Source: Flavobacteriaceae bacterium
Lineage (GTDB): Bacteria > Bacteroidota > Bacteroidia > Flavobacteriales > Flavobacteriaceae
DNA: 54,909 nucleotides
Direction of reading: 5' to 3'
Assembly: GCA_020627885.1 (NCBI GenBank)
Contig: JAHDGB010000001.1
Span: 1-54,909 of the forward strand
Part shown: one piece after another, positions 9,667 through 19,043 of the stretch
Layout: each line of letters starts with the position of its first letter
How positions within the stretch are numbered: position 1 is the first letter of the stretch
Made by a program: the position numbers and the translations under genes
The notes under the pieces: model-generated
Told to the model about the DNA's origin: nothing
Databases searched by the model: none
The model's input: the letters and a program-made list of their open reading frames with translations, nothing else

Positions 9667-10963
9667 TATTAACGCCCAATTTATTTGCTATTAATTTAGT
9701 AATCCTTTGCTTCATCTGTGGGATCTTTACAGAACTTAATACATTATTACTAAATGCAAACATAAGTAATGCTTTAGCTTCCTTTTTAGGAATTCCGCGA
9801 GAACGCATATAAAACATTGCACTGTCATCTAATTGGCCTATAGTACAACCATGAGAGCATTTAACATCATCTGCAAAGATCTCTAGCTGTGGTTTTGTAT
9901 TTATAGTTGCTTTATCGCTCAATAATATATTATTATTAGCCTGAAATGCATTGGTTTTTTGAGCTTCTTTTTCGACAAGAACTTTCCCATTAAAAACCCC
10001 TGTAGATTTATCGCCAAAAATACCTTTATAATCTTGATGACTTTCACAATTAGGTTCTATATGATGCACCAACGTGTTATGATCGACATGTTGCTTATCT
10101 CCAATAATAGTAATTCCTTTCATTGTGGAATCCACTCGCTCTCCTTTTTGAAAAAAATTAAGGTTATTTCTTATAAGTTTTCCTCCAAAAGAAAAAGTAT
10201 GTACACTACAAAAACTTTCGCTTTTTTGTTCTACATATGTATTATCAACTAATGAGGCCTCTTGGTTATCATTTTGCAATTTATAATAATCAACTATTGC
10301 TCTCTTACTTGCAAAAATTTCTGTAACACTGTTAGTTAAAACGGGATTATCTGTTAAACTTTGATGCCTTTCAATAATTTGAACATGAGAATTTTCTTCT
10401 ACTACAATTAAATTTCTAGGTTGAAGCATTAAAGCAGCTTCATTTCCTGTTGAAAAATGTAGTATTTGAATTGGCTTATCTACCAATTGATTTTTTGGAA
10501 TATGAATATACGCACCTTCTCTAGAAAATGCTGTGTTTAATTGAGTCAAACTATCTTTCGCAACAATTTTATTGAAATAATTTTCAATGATAGGCTTGTA
10601 TTTTGATTTTTCTAATGCAGACGACATTAAACACACGTCTATCTTGTCATGTGTTGTTTCAGATAAGTGTGAAGAAAATTTCCCATCAACAAATACTATT
10701 TTATAAGTATCCATATCATGAATAAAATACCTTTTAACATCTTTATATTCAAGCGCTTTTTCTTGCTTAGGAAATACACTATAATCGTGCTTCAAAACTC
10801 CTTTTAGCGAAGTGTACTTCCAATCCTCATCTCTTTTAGATGGAAACCCTAAATTTTCAAAGGTTTTTATGGCTTCATTTCTTATATCATGAATTTTCGA
10901 ATCTACATTTACATGGTTTTCGAAAACTAAGAAAGATGATACTAATTTGTCTTTTAATTCCAT
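9650..10963 (-). CDS. sufD: Fe-S cluster assembly protein SufD
   Basis: 437 aa located between sufC and sufS. The C-terminal SufB/D signature region is ...FADDVKCSHGCTIGQLD...FYMRSRGI. Confidence 0.85.
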   Translation of the reverse strand: MELKDKLVSSFLVFENHVNVDSKIHDIRNEAIKTFENLGFPSKRDEDWKYTSLKGVLKHDYSVFPKQEKALEYKDVKRYFIHDMDTYKIVFVDGKFSSHLSETTHDKIDVCLMSSALEKSKYKPIIENYFNKIVAKDSLTQLNTAFSREGAYIHIPKNQLVDKPIQILHFSTGNEAALMLQPRNLIVVEENSHVQIIERHQSLTDNPVLTNSVTEIFASKRAIVDYYKLQNDNQEASLVDNTYVEQKSESFCSVHTFSFGGKLIRNNLNFFQKGERVDSTMKGITIIGDKQHVDHNTLVHHIEPNCESHQDYKGIFGDKSTGVFNGKVLVEKEAQKTNAFQANNNILLSDKATINTKPQLEIFADDVKCSHGCTIGQLDDSAMFYMRSRGIPKKEAKALLMFAFSNNVLSSVKIPQMKQRITKLIANKLGVNIGFDL

Positions 10964-11091
10964 TTTTTAGTTGTTAGGATTTAACTATTAGTTTTTAATG
11001 TTCACTGTAGATATTTACTTTTTTTATTAAGCCTCATTCTACAATAATCATTCCGAGTACAATTTATTAACTACTCAAAACTAATTACTAA

Positions 11092-11844
11092 TTATGCATT
11101 CACCTCTTCTTTAATCCAATCGTATCCTTTTTCTTCCAACTCGAAAGCTAGTTCCTTAGTCCCAGATTTTACAATTTTACCGTTGTATAATACATGGACA
11201 TAATCAGGAACTATATGGTCTAACAATCGTTGATAATGTGTTATTACAATTACTGCATTATCTTTAGATTTTAATTTATTAACACCATTAGCAACTATTC
11301 TAAGTGCATCAATATCTAGGCCTGAATCCGTTTCGTCTAATATTGCTAATTGAGGCTCTAACATTGCCATTTGAAAAATTTCATTACGTTTTTTCTCTCC
11401 TCCAGAAAACCCTTCATTTAATGGTCTAGACAAAAATTTACGATCAATTTCTAAGAGTTCAGCTTTTTCTCTAATTTTTTTAAGCATATCCTTTGCAGGC
11501 ATATCCTCTAACCCTTGTCCTTTTCGAGTTTCGTTAATTGCTGTTTTTATAAAATTTGTAACAGAAACTCCAGGAATTTCTACAGGGTATTGAAAGGATA
11601 AGAAAACACCTTTATGCGCTCGTTCTTCAGCTGACAATTCCTGTATATCTTCTCCATGTAAAATAATTTCTCCTTTTTCAACCTCATAATCTTCTTTTCC
11701 AGAAATTACAGATGCTAAAGTACTTTTACCAGATCCATTTGGTCCCATTATAGCATGTACTTCCCCAGCTTTAACCTCTAAATTAATCCCTTTTAAAATT
11801 GATTTATCTTCTACACTTGCATGCAGGTTTTTTATCTTTAACAT
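11092..11844 (-). CDS. sufC: Fe-S cluster assembly ATPase SufC
   Basis: 250 aa with Walker [13 protein letters not shown] signature FSGGEKKR and Walker [13 protein letters not shown]. Confidence 0.95.
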   Translation of the reverse strand: MLKIKNLHASVEDKSILKGINLEVKAGEVHAIMGPNGSGKSTLASVISGKEDYEVEKGEIILHGEDIQELSAEERAHKGVFLSFQYPVEIPGVSVTNFIKTAINETRKGQGLEDMPAKDMLKKIREKAELLEIDRKFLSRPLNEGFSGGEKKRNEIFQMAMLEPQLAILDETDSGLDIDALRIVANGVNKLKSKDNAVIVITHYQRLLDHIVPDYVHVLYNGKIVKSGTKELAFELEEKGYDWIKEEVNA

Positions 11845-11849
11845 AGTTT

Positions 11850-12272
11850 TTAACTTCCTATTTTAACAACTTCGTTTGCTTTTTTTCCTAGTGCCTCAAC
11901 ACTAATAATTTCTTTAACTCGAATACTAAATGGCCAACCCTCTTCTCCTGTTGGCAATGGAATAATCTCTCCTCTAACTACCACTTTAATTCCATCTGTT
12001 TTTTCTTTTCTATATTGGGCGCCCATTTTGTATAACTCGTGCATTTTATCATCTATTTTAACACCATATACTTCATGACCTGTTTGTAATACCGCAGCAT
12101 CCTCATAAAAAATAAATTCTCCACTTAAAAGTGTTAACCCGTCTTTTGTTTTTTCGGTTTGTTCCGATTTACTTGTTTCATCTATAGATTCTTCTTTAAC
12201 AGTTTTTGCGTCTTGCTTACAGCTTATAAAAGCTGAAATACTTAATAAAAAAATAAAAATGTGTTTTACCAT
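11850..12272 (-). CDS. Lipoprotein of unknown function embedded between sufB and sufC
   Basis: 140 aa with lipobox [21 protein letters not shown]. There is a 5-nt gap to the sufC start and a 51-nt gap from the sufB stop. Confidence 0.6.
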   Translation of the reverse strand: MVKHIFIFLLSISAFISCKQDAKTVKEESIDETSKSEQTEKTKDGLTLLSGEFIFYEDAAVLQTGHEVYGVKIDDKMHELYKMGAQYRKEKTDGIKVVVRGEIIPLPTGEEGWPFSIRVKEIISVEALGKKANEVVKIGS

Positions 12273-12323
12273 ATTAATTAATTTTATGCATTTAGAATTT
12301 TGGTTGATTTCGAATTTAATATA

Positions 12324-13772
12324 TTATCCTACGCTACCCTCTAAACTTATTTCTAATAACTTTTGAGCTTCTACTGCAAACTCCATTGGTAGTTTATTTA
12401 AAACTTCTTTACTAAAGCCATTAACAATTAATGCTATTGCCTTCTCTGTATCTATACCTCTTTGGTTACAATAGAAAATCTGATCTTCACCTATTTTACT
12501 TGTTGTTGCTTCATGTTCTATTTGTGCCGTTTTATTCTTTGCTTCTATGTACGGAAATGTATGGGCTCCACACTCGTTACCCATTAATAAACTATCACAT
12601 TGCGAAAAATTACGAGCATTGTCTGCCCTTGAGCTTATTTGAACCAAGCCTCTGTAACTGTTCTGAGACTTCCCAGCTGATATCCCTTTAGATATAATTG
12701 TAGATTTTGTATTTTTTCCTAAATGAATCATTTTTGTTCCTGTATCTGCTTGCTGATAATTATTGGTTACAGCTATTGAATAAAATTCCCCTACAGAATT
12801 ATCTCCTTTTAGCACACAACTAGGGTACTTCCATGTTACTGCACTACCTGTTTCAACTTGTGTCCAAGAAATTTTAGCATTTGTCTCACATAGCCCTCGT
12901 TTAGTAACAAAATTATAGACCCCACCTTTCCCTTCGGCATTTCCAGGATACCAATTTTGCACTGTCGAGTATTTTATTTCTGCATTATCAAGCGCTATTA
13001 ATTCAACTACTGCAGCGTGCAATTGGTTTTCATCTCTACTTGGCGCCGTACACCCTTCTAAATAACTAACATAACTGTCCTCATCTGCAATAACCAAAGT
13101 CCGTTCAAACTGACCTGTTCCTGCTTGATTAATTCTAAAATAGGTCGATAATTCCATTGGACATCGCACGCCTTTAGGAATGTAACAAAATGAACCATCA
13201 CTAAATACCGCAGAATTTAATGCGGCATAAAAATTATCTTTTTGAGGTACTACACTTCCTATATATTTCTTCACAAGTTCTGGATGCTCTTTTATAGCCT
13301 CAGAAATACTCATAAAAATAATTCCTTTTTCTCCTAGTGTTTTTTTGAAAGTCGTTGCCACTGAAACAGAATCTACCACAATATCCATTGCAATATTATT
13401 CATCTTCTTTTGTTCATCTACAGATATCCCTAATTTTTTATACATGGCTAGTAGATCTGGGTCGACATCGTCTAAAGTTTTATTAGGATCTATAGATGCT
13501 GGTGCGGAATAATATGCAATTGACTGAAAATCTGGTTTTACATAATTTACATTTGCCCATTCTGGTTCTTCCATTTCTTTCCAAACTTTGAATGCATCTA
13601 AACGCCAATCTGTCATCCATTCTGGCTCTTCTTTCTTTTTCGAAATAGCACGAATAACATCTTCATTTAAACCAATAGGGAATGTTTCAGATTCTATATC
13701 TGTATAAAAACCATATTCATACTTTTTGGTTTTTAGTTCTTCTCTTAAATCGTCTTCTGTATACTTACTCAT
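12324..13772 (-). CDS. sufB: Fe-S cluster assembly scaffold SufB
   Basis: 482 aa with highly conserved SufB blocks ([37 protein letters not shown]). Confidence 0.95.
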   Translation of the reverse strand: MSKYTEDDLREELKTKKYEYGFYTDIESETFPIGLNEDVIRAISKKKEEPEWMTDWRLDAFKVWKEMEEPEWANVNYVKPDFQSIAYYSAPASIDPNKTLDDVDPDLLAMYKKLGISVDEQKKMNNIAMDIVVDSVSVATTFKKTLGEKGIIFMSISEAIKEHPELVKKYIGSVVPQKDNFYAALNSAVFSDGSFCYIPKGVRCPMELSTYFRINQAGTGQFERTLVIADEDSYVSYLEGCTAPSRDENQLHAAVVELIALDNAEIKYSTVQNWYPGNAEGKGGVYNFVTKRGLCETNAKISWTQVETGSAVTWKYPSCVLKGDNSVGEFYSIAVTNNYQQADTGTKMIHLGKNTKSTIISKGISAGKSQNSYRGLVQISSRADNARNFSQCDSLLMGNECGAHTFPYIEAKNKTAQIEHEATTSKIGEDQIFYCNQRGIDTEKAIALIVNGFSKEVLNKLPMEFAVEAQKLLEISLEGSVG

Positions 13773-13792
13773 CTTTTTAACCTAGCTTCTAA

Positions 13793-14122
13793 TTATAATG
13801 AAAATGATTCTCCACATCCACAAGTACGATTCGCATTAGGATTATTAAACACGAAACCTGTACCGTTAAGACCTCCTGAATACTCTAGTGTTGTACCTAC
13901 TAAATACAAAAAGCTTTTTTTATCGACAATAATCTTTATACCATTATCTTCAAAAATTTTATCATTGTCTTCTGGAGTTTTATCAAATTTCAAATCGTAC
14001 GACAACCCAGAACACCCTCCACTTTTAACACCAACTCGAACATAGTCTTGAGTTGGGTTAAAACCGCCTTCACTCATCAGTTCTATAACTTTATTTTTTG
14101 CTACTTCTGAAACTTTAATCAT
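13793..14122 (-). CDS. A-type Fe-S carrier (IscA/SufA/ErpA, HesB family)
   Basis: Conserved Cys in GGCSG and a C-terminal CGCGESF motif. I place the start at MIKVSE (ATG 14122) rather than the track's 14158, because a perfect -7 promoter box lies inside the 5' extension. Confidence 0.85.
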   Translation of the reverse strand: MIKVSEVAKNKVIELMSEGGFNPTQDYVRVGVKSGGCSGLSYDLKFDKTPEDNDKIFEDNGIKIIVDKKSFLYLVGTTLEYSGGLNGTGFVFNNPNANRTCGCGESFSL

Positions 14123-14155
14123 TACTTTACCAATTAGAATTAATCTAAATAATTG

Positions 14156-14163
14156 CAAATATA
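14156..14163 (-). promoter_or_regulatory. Bacteroidota-type -7 promoter box (TATATTTG on the minus strand) for the suf operon
   Basis: Perfect TAnnTTTG match 34 nt upstream of ATG 14122. Confidence 0.45.
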
Positions 14164-14231
14164 CAATTTCAGTCCCTTTTTTCCTCAGAACCTAACATTA
14201 TATTTACATATAGAGCTATAGTAAAAAACTA

Positions 14232-15314
14232 TTAATTTATAAAGTCCGGATTGGTCAGAAAAGAAGGATCTGACAACGATAGAAGAAATGCTTTTAAATC
14301 TGATTTATCTTGATCTGAAAGCCCTACACCTCCTTGGTCTATTTTTTTCATAAGTGGGTCTATAGTTTCAGAACGCTTTAACCCTTCACTATAGTGATTT
14401 ATAACTTCTTCTAGGGTATTAAAACGACCATCGTGCATATATGGTGCAGTGTAAGCAAGGTTACGAATTGATGGAGATTTAAATTTACCATAATCATTGG
14501 TATCTCCACTTACTGCTCCCAAACCTAAATCTGTAAATGTTTCGTCTAATCCGTTATTATGAAAAACATTATCTGTCCACAAAGGATTATTATTATCGCC
14601 ATGACAATGGAAACAATCACCTCGTTCTTCATCCATAAAAACATTAAAACCATTTAGTTCTTCGGCTGTTAAAGTAATTTCTCCTAACAGGTACTTATCA
14701 AACCTAGAATTACCAGAAATTAGAGTACGCTCAAATTGAGCCAAAGCTCTACTTACAAGTTCTTTTGTTATAACAGTATTATCCCCGAAAGCTTTATTAA
14801 ATAATTCTGGGTAATCAGAATTGCTCTTTAACTTTACAACAACATCATCCCAATTAGCATGCATTTCTATAGGGTTTTGCACAGGCTCCAAAGCTTGGCG
14901 TTCAAGACTTAATTCCTTCCCATCCCAAGCAAAGCGTTCATCAAAATTCCAAGCTAAATTAAATAACGGCATAGAATTTCGAGTCCCTTGATTACCGTCT
15001 ATACCTGTGCTAAATTGAGAGTTATCTGTAAATGCTTTTTCTGGCGCATGGCAATTAGCACAAGCCATAGTATTATCGCCAGACAAAATAGTATCGTAAA
15101 ATAATTTTTTACCTAAAGCTACACCCTCAAGAGTTTGTGGATTCCCGGTAGGTATTACAGGAGCAATTAATTTCTGCTCAAATAAGTTTGGTATTTTTAA
15201 TGCTAATGGTGTAGGCACATATTTTTCTACTACAGGATTAGTAGTGTCATCTTTTGAACAACTAATGCTAAAAAAACAAATTATTAAAACAGTATGTACC
15301 CAATATTTTCTCAC
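14232..15314 (-). CDS. Di-haem cytochrome c peroxidase family lipoprotein (CCP/MauG/MbnH-like)
   Basis: 360 aa with lipobox FFSISCSKDD and two CxxCH haem motifs (CANCH and CFHCH) at spacing typical of bacterial di-haem CCPs. Confidence 0.85.
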   Translation of the reverse strand: MRKYWVHTVLIICFFSISCSKDDTTNPVVEKYVPTPLALKIPNLFEQKLIAPVIPTGNPQTLEGVALGKKLFYDTILSGDNTMACANCHAPEKAFTDNSQFSTGIDGNQGTRNSMPLFNLAWNFDERFAWDGKELSLERQALEPVQNPIEMHANWDDVVVKLKSNSDYPELFNKAFGDNTVITKELVSRALAQFERTLISGNSRFDKYLLGEITLTAEELNGFNVFMDEERGDCFHCHGDNNNPLWTDNVFHNNGLDETFTDLGLGAVSGDTNDYGKFKSPSIRNLAYTAPYMHDGRFNTLEEVINHYSEGLKRSETIDPLMKKIDQGGVGLSDQDKSDLKAFLLSLSDPSFLTNPDFIN

Positions 15315-15323
15315 CTTAAACTT

Positions 15324-16109
15324 TTATTGTGTCACTGCTCCTAAAGAAAATACATTTTGCCCATTTTCATTCATCAATTTCTGAGCAGCAGAATTTCCCA
15401 TAAGCATTTGGTTATGAACACTCAAATCCCATACATTAGGACCTTTAAACCACTGAGCCACATTCATTTTTACTTCTATAGCAGTATTTGCATTTATTGA
15501 AACTATTCCTAGTTCTACATTTATAAAAGTTGGCTGATCTGGAAACGTTGGCGGACCATCTGGCATATTAGGATCAACCGCTCTAATATTGTGATAGTTA
15601 AACCCTGCTGATGGGCTACCATTAACTCTATACTTGCCATCGAGTTGCATATAATGATATCCCCCTCCCATAGATGGAGGAACACCAAAAGAAGCCGAAT
15701 TTAAATCTGCATAAGCTCCGTCTGTATTGTCTTCGGTTTTTAACCCATAAGTAAAAGACACTTTATATTCCCCAGCAGGCAGCTGAATTTCTGGAGTATA
15801 GCTTAAGTTTATACCATCGGCCACATTAATAAGGTTATGGCCATCGAACATTATTGCTTCTCCAGTAGAATTAGTAAATGTAACATCAGATATTAAATAT
15901 CTAAACCTAGGTCCTATATTTACATCGTCTCCATTTTCAGTAACATAATCTGTACTTTCCATATCTTCAGCTGTTACAGGCGTTCCATCCCAATCATGAA
16001 CAAAGTTAAGTGTTGCTTGAACTTTAACTATTACTTTATCATCTTCATCTTCACTACATGATATAAGTGTTATTATAAATAACAATAAAAGCGCTGTTGT
16101 CTTTCTCAT
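15324..16109 (-). CDS. MbnP-like lipoprotein, the putative partner/substrate of the adjacent di-haem peroxidase
   Basis: 261 aa with lipobox IITLISCSEDEDD. The blocks LNFVHDWDG...RFRYLISDVTF.N..G...GEYKVSFTYGL...GGGYHYMQLDGKY resemble the MbnP family as I recall it, and the gene sits 9 nt upstream of the peroxidase. Confidence 0.5.
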   Translation of the reverse strand: MRKTTALLLLFIITLISCSEDEDDKVIVKVQATLNFVHDWDGTPVTAEDMESTDYVTENGDDVNIGPRFRYLISDVTFTNSTGEAIMFDGHNLINVADGINLSYTPEIQLPAGEYKVSFTYGLKTEDNTDGAYADLNSASFGVPPSMGGGYHYMQLDGKYRVNGSPSAGFNYHNIRAVDPNMPDGPPTFPDQPTFINVELGIVSINANTAIEVKMNVAQWFKGPNVWDLSVHNQMLMGNSAAQKLMNENGQNVFSLGAVTQ

Positions 16110-16127
16110 TTTCTTTTTTTTAAATTT

Positions 16128-17498
16128 CTATTCTTTTTTAATTTTAATTAATAATATGTCACTAGAGCCTTTATTGTCTGCAATTACTCCATCACTACTA
16201 TAGGTTTCACCAACAGCAACTATACTACCATCATTTAATTCGGCAATATCGTATAAAAAATCTATATTAGATCCACCTATACTTACCTGCCCTTTTAAAT
16301 TACCATTAGAATCGATTTTAACAATCCAACCATCATTTTGCCCTCGATTAAGAGTTGCATCTCCATCCTCACTCCTTGATGCAGCTGCTATTAGATAGCC
16401 CCCATCACTAGAATTAACTATTTTTTCTGCTGTATCAAATTGACTACCACCTATTGATTTATTGGAAATCAAATCTCCTGTTGGAGATATTTTAATTAAC
16501 CATATATCTCCTAAGCCTTTATTTTCTGTTACATCCAAATCATTACTTCTAACGGATCCAATAATTAAATAATTTCCATCGTTAGTTTTTACAATACTAG
16601 AGCCTCTATCTATTTCTGAGCCACCATATGATTTCTCCCATTCTAAAATTCCTTCATTAGAGATTTTTGTAACCCAAAAATCATAAGAACCTTTATAACC
16701 TGTTATATCTACATCCGCACTATCAGAATCCCCTACAATAATATAACCTCCATCATCGGTCTGAATCACATCTTTTGGCTCTTCTGTAAGACTTCCTCCA
16801 AAATATTTACTCCATTCTAAATCACCGTTCTCAGCTATCTTAATTGCCCAATAATCGCCTCCTGCATGCACATCAGATAATGCTGTTAACGTATTCCCTT
16901 CTCCTTCAGAACTTGTAACATCTAATGATCCTGTTAATAAATAACCGCCTTCACTTGATTTAATTATTGATGTTCCGAAATCTGACCCTAAATAGCCATA
17001 TGATTTTTGCCATATAATACTTCCAGAAGAAGACAATTTAAGTACCCAATAATCTTTTGCACCAGCATTAGCCGTAACGTCTCCATCATTACTTGTACTG
17101 TAGCCTATTACAGCAAAGCTACCATCTGTGTTTTCTAAAATATCAAAACCTCGATCATTACCTGTTCCTCCATATGTTTTACTCCATTGTAAAACACTTG
17201 AAGCACTAAATTTTAACAAATACAAATCATAGTCCTCATTATCTTTATCTGTTATATCCCCATCTACACTTTGCGTGTATCCAAAAACAACATATCCCCC
17301 GTCTTGAGTTGCCACAATAGATCTAGCACTATCATTTTTACTACCCCCAAACGTTTTAACAACATCTACCACCCCTAAATTAGTAGTAACATTGTCGGAA
17401 ACTATAATGGCATTTTTATTAGCTGGCACATCAACAGAACACCCAACAAATATTAAAATGCTAAAAAAAACAATAATTACAATATTTTCTTTTTTCAT
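16128..17498 (-). CDS. Lipoprotein built from seven tandem repeats of about 58 aa, a predicted 7-bladed beta-propeller
   Basis: 456 aa with lipobox ILIFVGCSVD. The repeat consensus is (S/T)(Y/F)GGS..D.....I..T.DGGY...G...S.DGD.T...G..D.W..K....G...W.K. Confidence 0.7.
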   Translation of the reverse strand: MKKENIVIIVFFSILIFVGCSVDVPANKNAIIVSDNVTTNLGVVDVVKTFGGSKNDSARSIVATQDGGYVVFGYTQSVDGDITDKDNEDYDLYLLKFSASSVLQWSKTYGGTGNDRGFDILENTDGSFAVIGYSTSNDGDVTANAGAKDYWVLKLSSSGSIIWQKSYGYLGSDFGTSIIKSSEGGYLLTGSLDVTSSEGEGNTLTALSDVHAGGDYWAIKIAENGDLEWSKYFGGSLTEEPKDVIQTDDGGYIIVGDSDSADVDITGYKGSYDFWVTKISNEGILEWEKSYGGSEIDRGSSIVKTNDGNYLIIGSVRSNDLDVTENKGLGDIWLIKISPTGDLISNKSIGGSQFDTAEKIVNSSDGGYLIAAASRSEDGDATLNRGQNDGWIVKIDSNGNLKGQVSIGGSNIDFLYDIAELNDGSIVAVGETYSSDGVIADNKGSSDILLIKIKKE

Positions 17499-17531
17499 GG
17501 TTTTACTTTTTAGAGCATCATATTTTTAGTT

Positions 17532-19016
17532 TTAATCACTCTTTCTTACAACAAATAATCCTCTATCAATATCGCTAATAATAATATTTCCACTAGGAAA
17601 ATAAGGATATACGCTCCATACTCCATTAAAATCTGGAGCATCATCTTCAGGGTAGGTATCAAAATATCCTACTTCAGTTATCGGATTAACTTCCGATGCT
17701 ACATTTGATACGTCTAACACACGTAATCCGGCTCTATAATTTGCCAAATAATATTTATTCCCTTTTATATAGCCATTATGATCTATCGCAGAAGTTGTCC
17801 CTATATATGTGCTTAACAGTAATGGGTTATCCAAATCACTAAAATCAAAAACTAAAGTTTTGGTATTAAAACCAAAATCCAACTCATCTACTTCATCCCC
17901 AAGAATAAAATAACGCTGATCTTCTGTAAACCATCCTTGATGAGGATATGCAGCTTGAGAGTAACCTAATTTACCTAACGGGATAACATTTGCTTTATCA
18001 GTAACATCTAAAATTACTATTTCGTCTGTATTACCATTACTTCCAATATATATTTGCTTCCCTTCATGTTCTACATCAGGTCCAGAATATGTTATAACCT
18101 GAGCATCATGACTATAACCTGCATCAGAATATCCCCCTAGTGACAAAGGTGCTAATGGATTAGAAATATCTACAAACGTTGGTCCTCCTCCATATGTATT
18201 GCATCCAACTAGATAGGCAACAGCTTCCGTTTCGTTAATAACAATATTATGGCAACTTCCTACTTCATTATAAACCGTATCTGGATTAAAAATTTCAGGA
18301 ATTGTTACTATATTTCTCAACCTTGTTAAATCAAAAACTTGCATGCCATGAGCTCCTACATTATCTGCAACAATAAAGGCATAATCATTATATATTTTAA
18401 CATCACGCCATACGCTATCACTAGTAGCTGTATTTATACGCCCTAAATACACTGGTTCGGTTGGGTTAGATATATCTACAAAAGCTGTACTATTAGATGT
18501 TCCTATTATAGCATACTCTTTTAAGGTAGTAGAGTCAGTCCATCCCCAAATATCACTCCCCCTGGGGGTTCCTACATTTGAAGCTAAAACTGATATAGGA
18601 ATATGTGCTAATAAATCATAGCCTTTACATGGGTATTCTCCAGCTCTTCCATTTTCACAATAAAAAAGAGGGGTAACACTTTCACAAGCATCACCCACTC
18701 CATTATTATCTTTATCCTGTTGATCTGTATTAGCTATGTTAATGCAATTATCTACATTATTAGCAATACCATCCCCATCATTATCATTAGGGTTACTCCC
18801 ATCACAAACATCTCCAACACCATCACCATCTTGATCTTCTTGATTTGGGTTTGCTATAGAAATACAATTATCGATCGTATTTAAAATACCATCATTATCG
18901 TCATCTACAACTGTAGGGCTACCACCTGAATGATCGTCATTTTTTTTGCAACTAATTGTTATTAAACATAAAGTAAGGACAAAAACATTAAAATATTTAA
19001 AACAGTAGTACTTCAT
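17532..19016 (-). CDS. Choice-of-anchor-B / LVIVD-repeat propeller protein. This is the lipoprotein form, with two N-terminal thrombospondin type-3 Ca-binding repeats.
   Basis: 494 aa with lipobox LITISCKKND. TSP3 motifs are DDDNDGILNTIDNCISIANPNQEDQDGDGVGDVCD and NDNDGDGIANNVDNCINIANTDQQDKDNNGVGDAC. The core is CENGRAGEYPCKGYDLLAHIP...DIWGWTD...EYAIIG...TAFVDISNP...WRDVKIY..YAFIVADN.GAHGMQVFDL. There is no C-terminal sorting domain. Confidence 0.65.
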   Translation of the reverse strand: MKYYCFKYFNVFVLTLCLITISCKKNDDHSGGSPTVVDDDNDGILNTIDNCISIANPNQEDQDGDGVGDVCDGSNPNDNDGDGIANNVDNCINIANTDQQDKDNNGVGDACESVTPLFYCENGRAGEYPCKGYDLLAHIPISVLASNVGTPRGSDIWGWTDSTTLKEYAIIGTSNSTAFVDISNPTEPVYLGRINTATSDSVWRDVKIYNDYAFIVADNVGAHGMQVFDLTRLRNIVTIPEIFNPDTVYNEVGSCHNIVINETEAVAYLVGCNTYGGGPTFVDISNPLAPLSLGGYSDAGYSHDAQVITYSGPDVEHEGKQIYIGSNGNTDEIVILDVTDKANVIPLGKLGYSQAAYPHQGWFTEDQRYFILGDEVDELDFGFNTKTLVFDFSDLDNPLLLSTYIGTTSAIDHNGYIKGNKYYLANYRAGLRVLDVSNVASEVNPITEVGYFDTYPEDDAPDFNGVWSVYPYFPSGNIIISDIDRGLFVVRKSD

Positions 19017-19043
19017 TCATTCCATTCCCTTTTATCTGTATTC

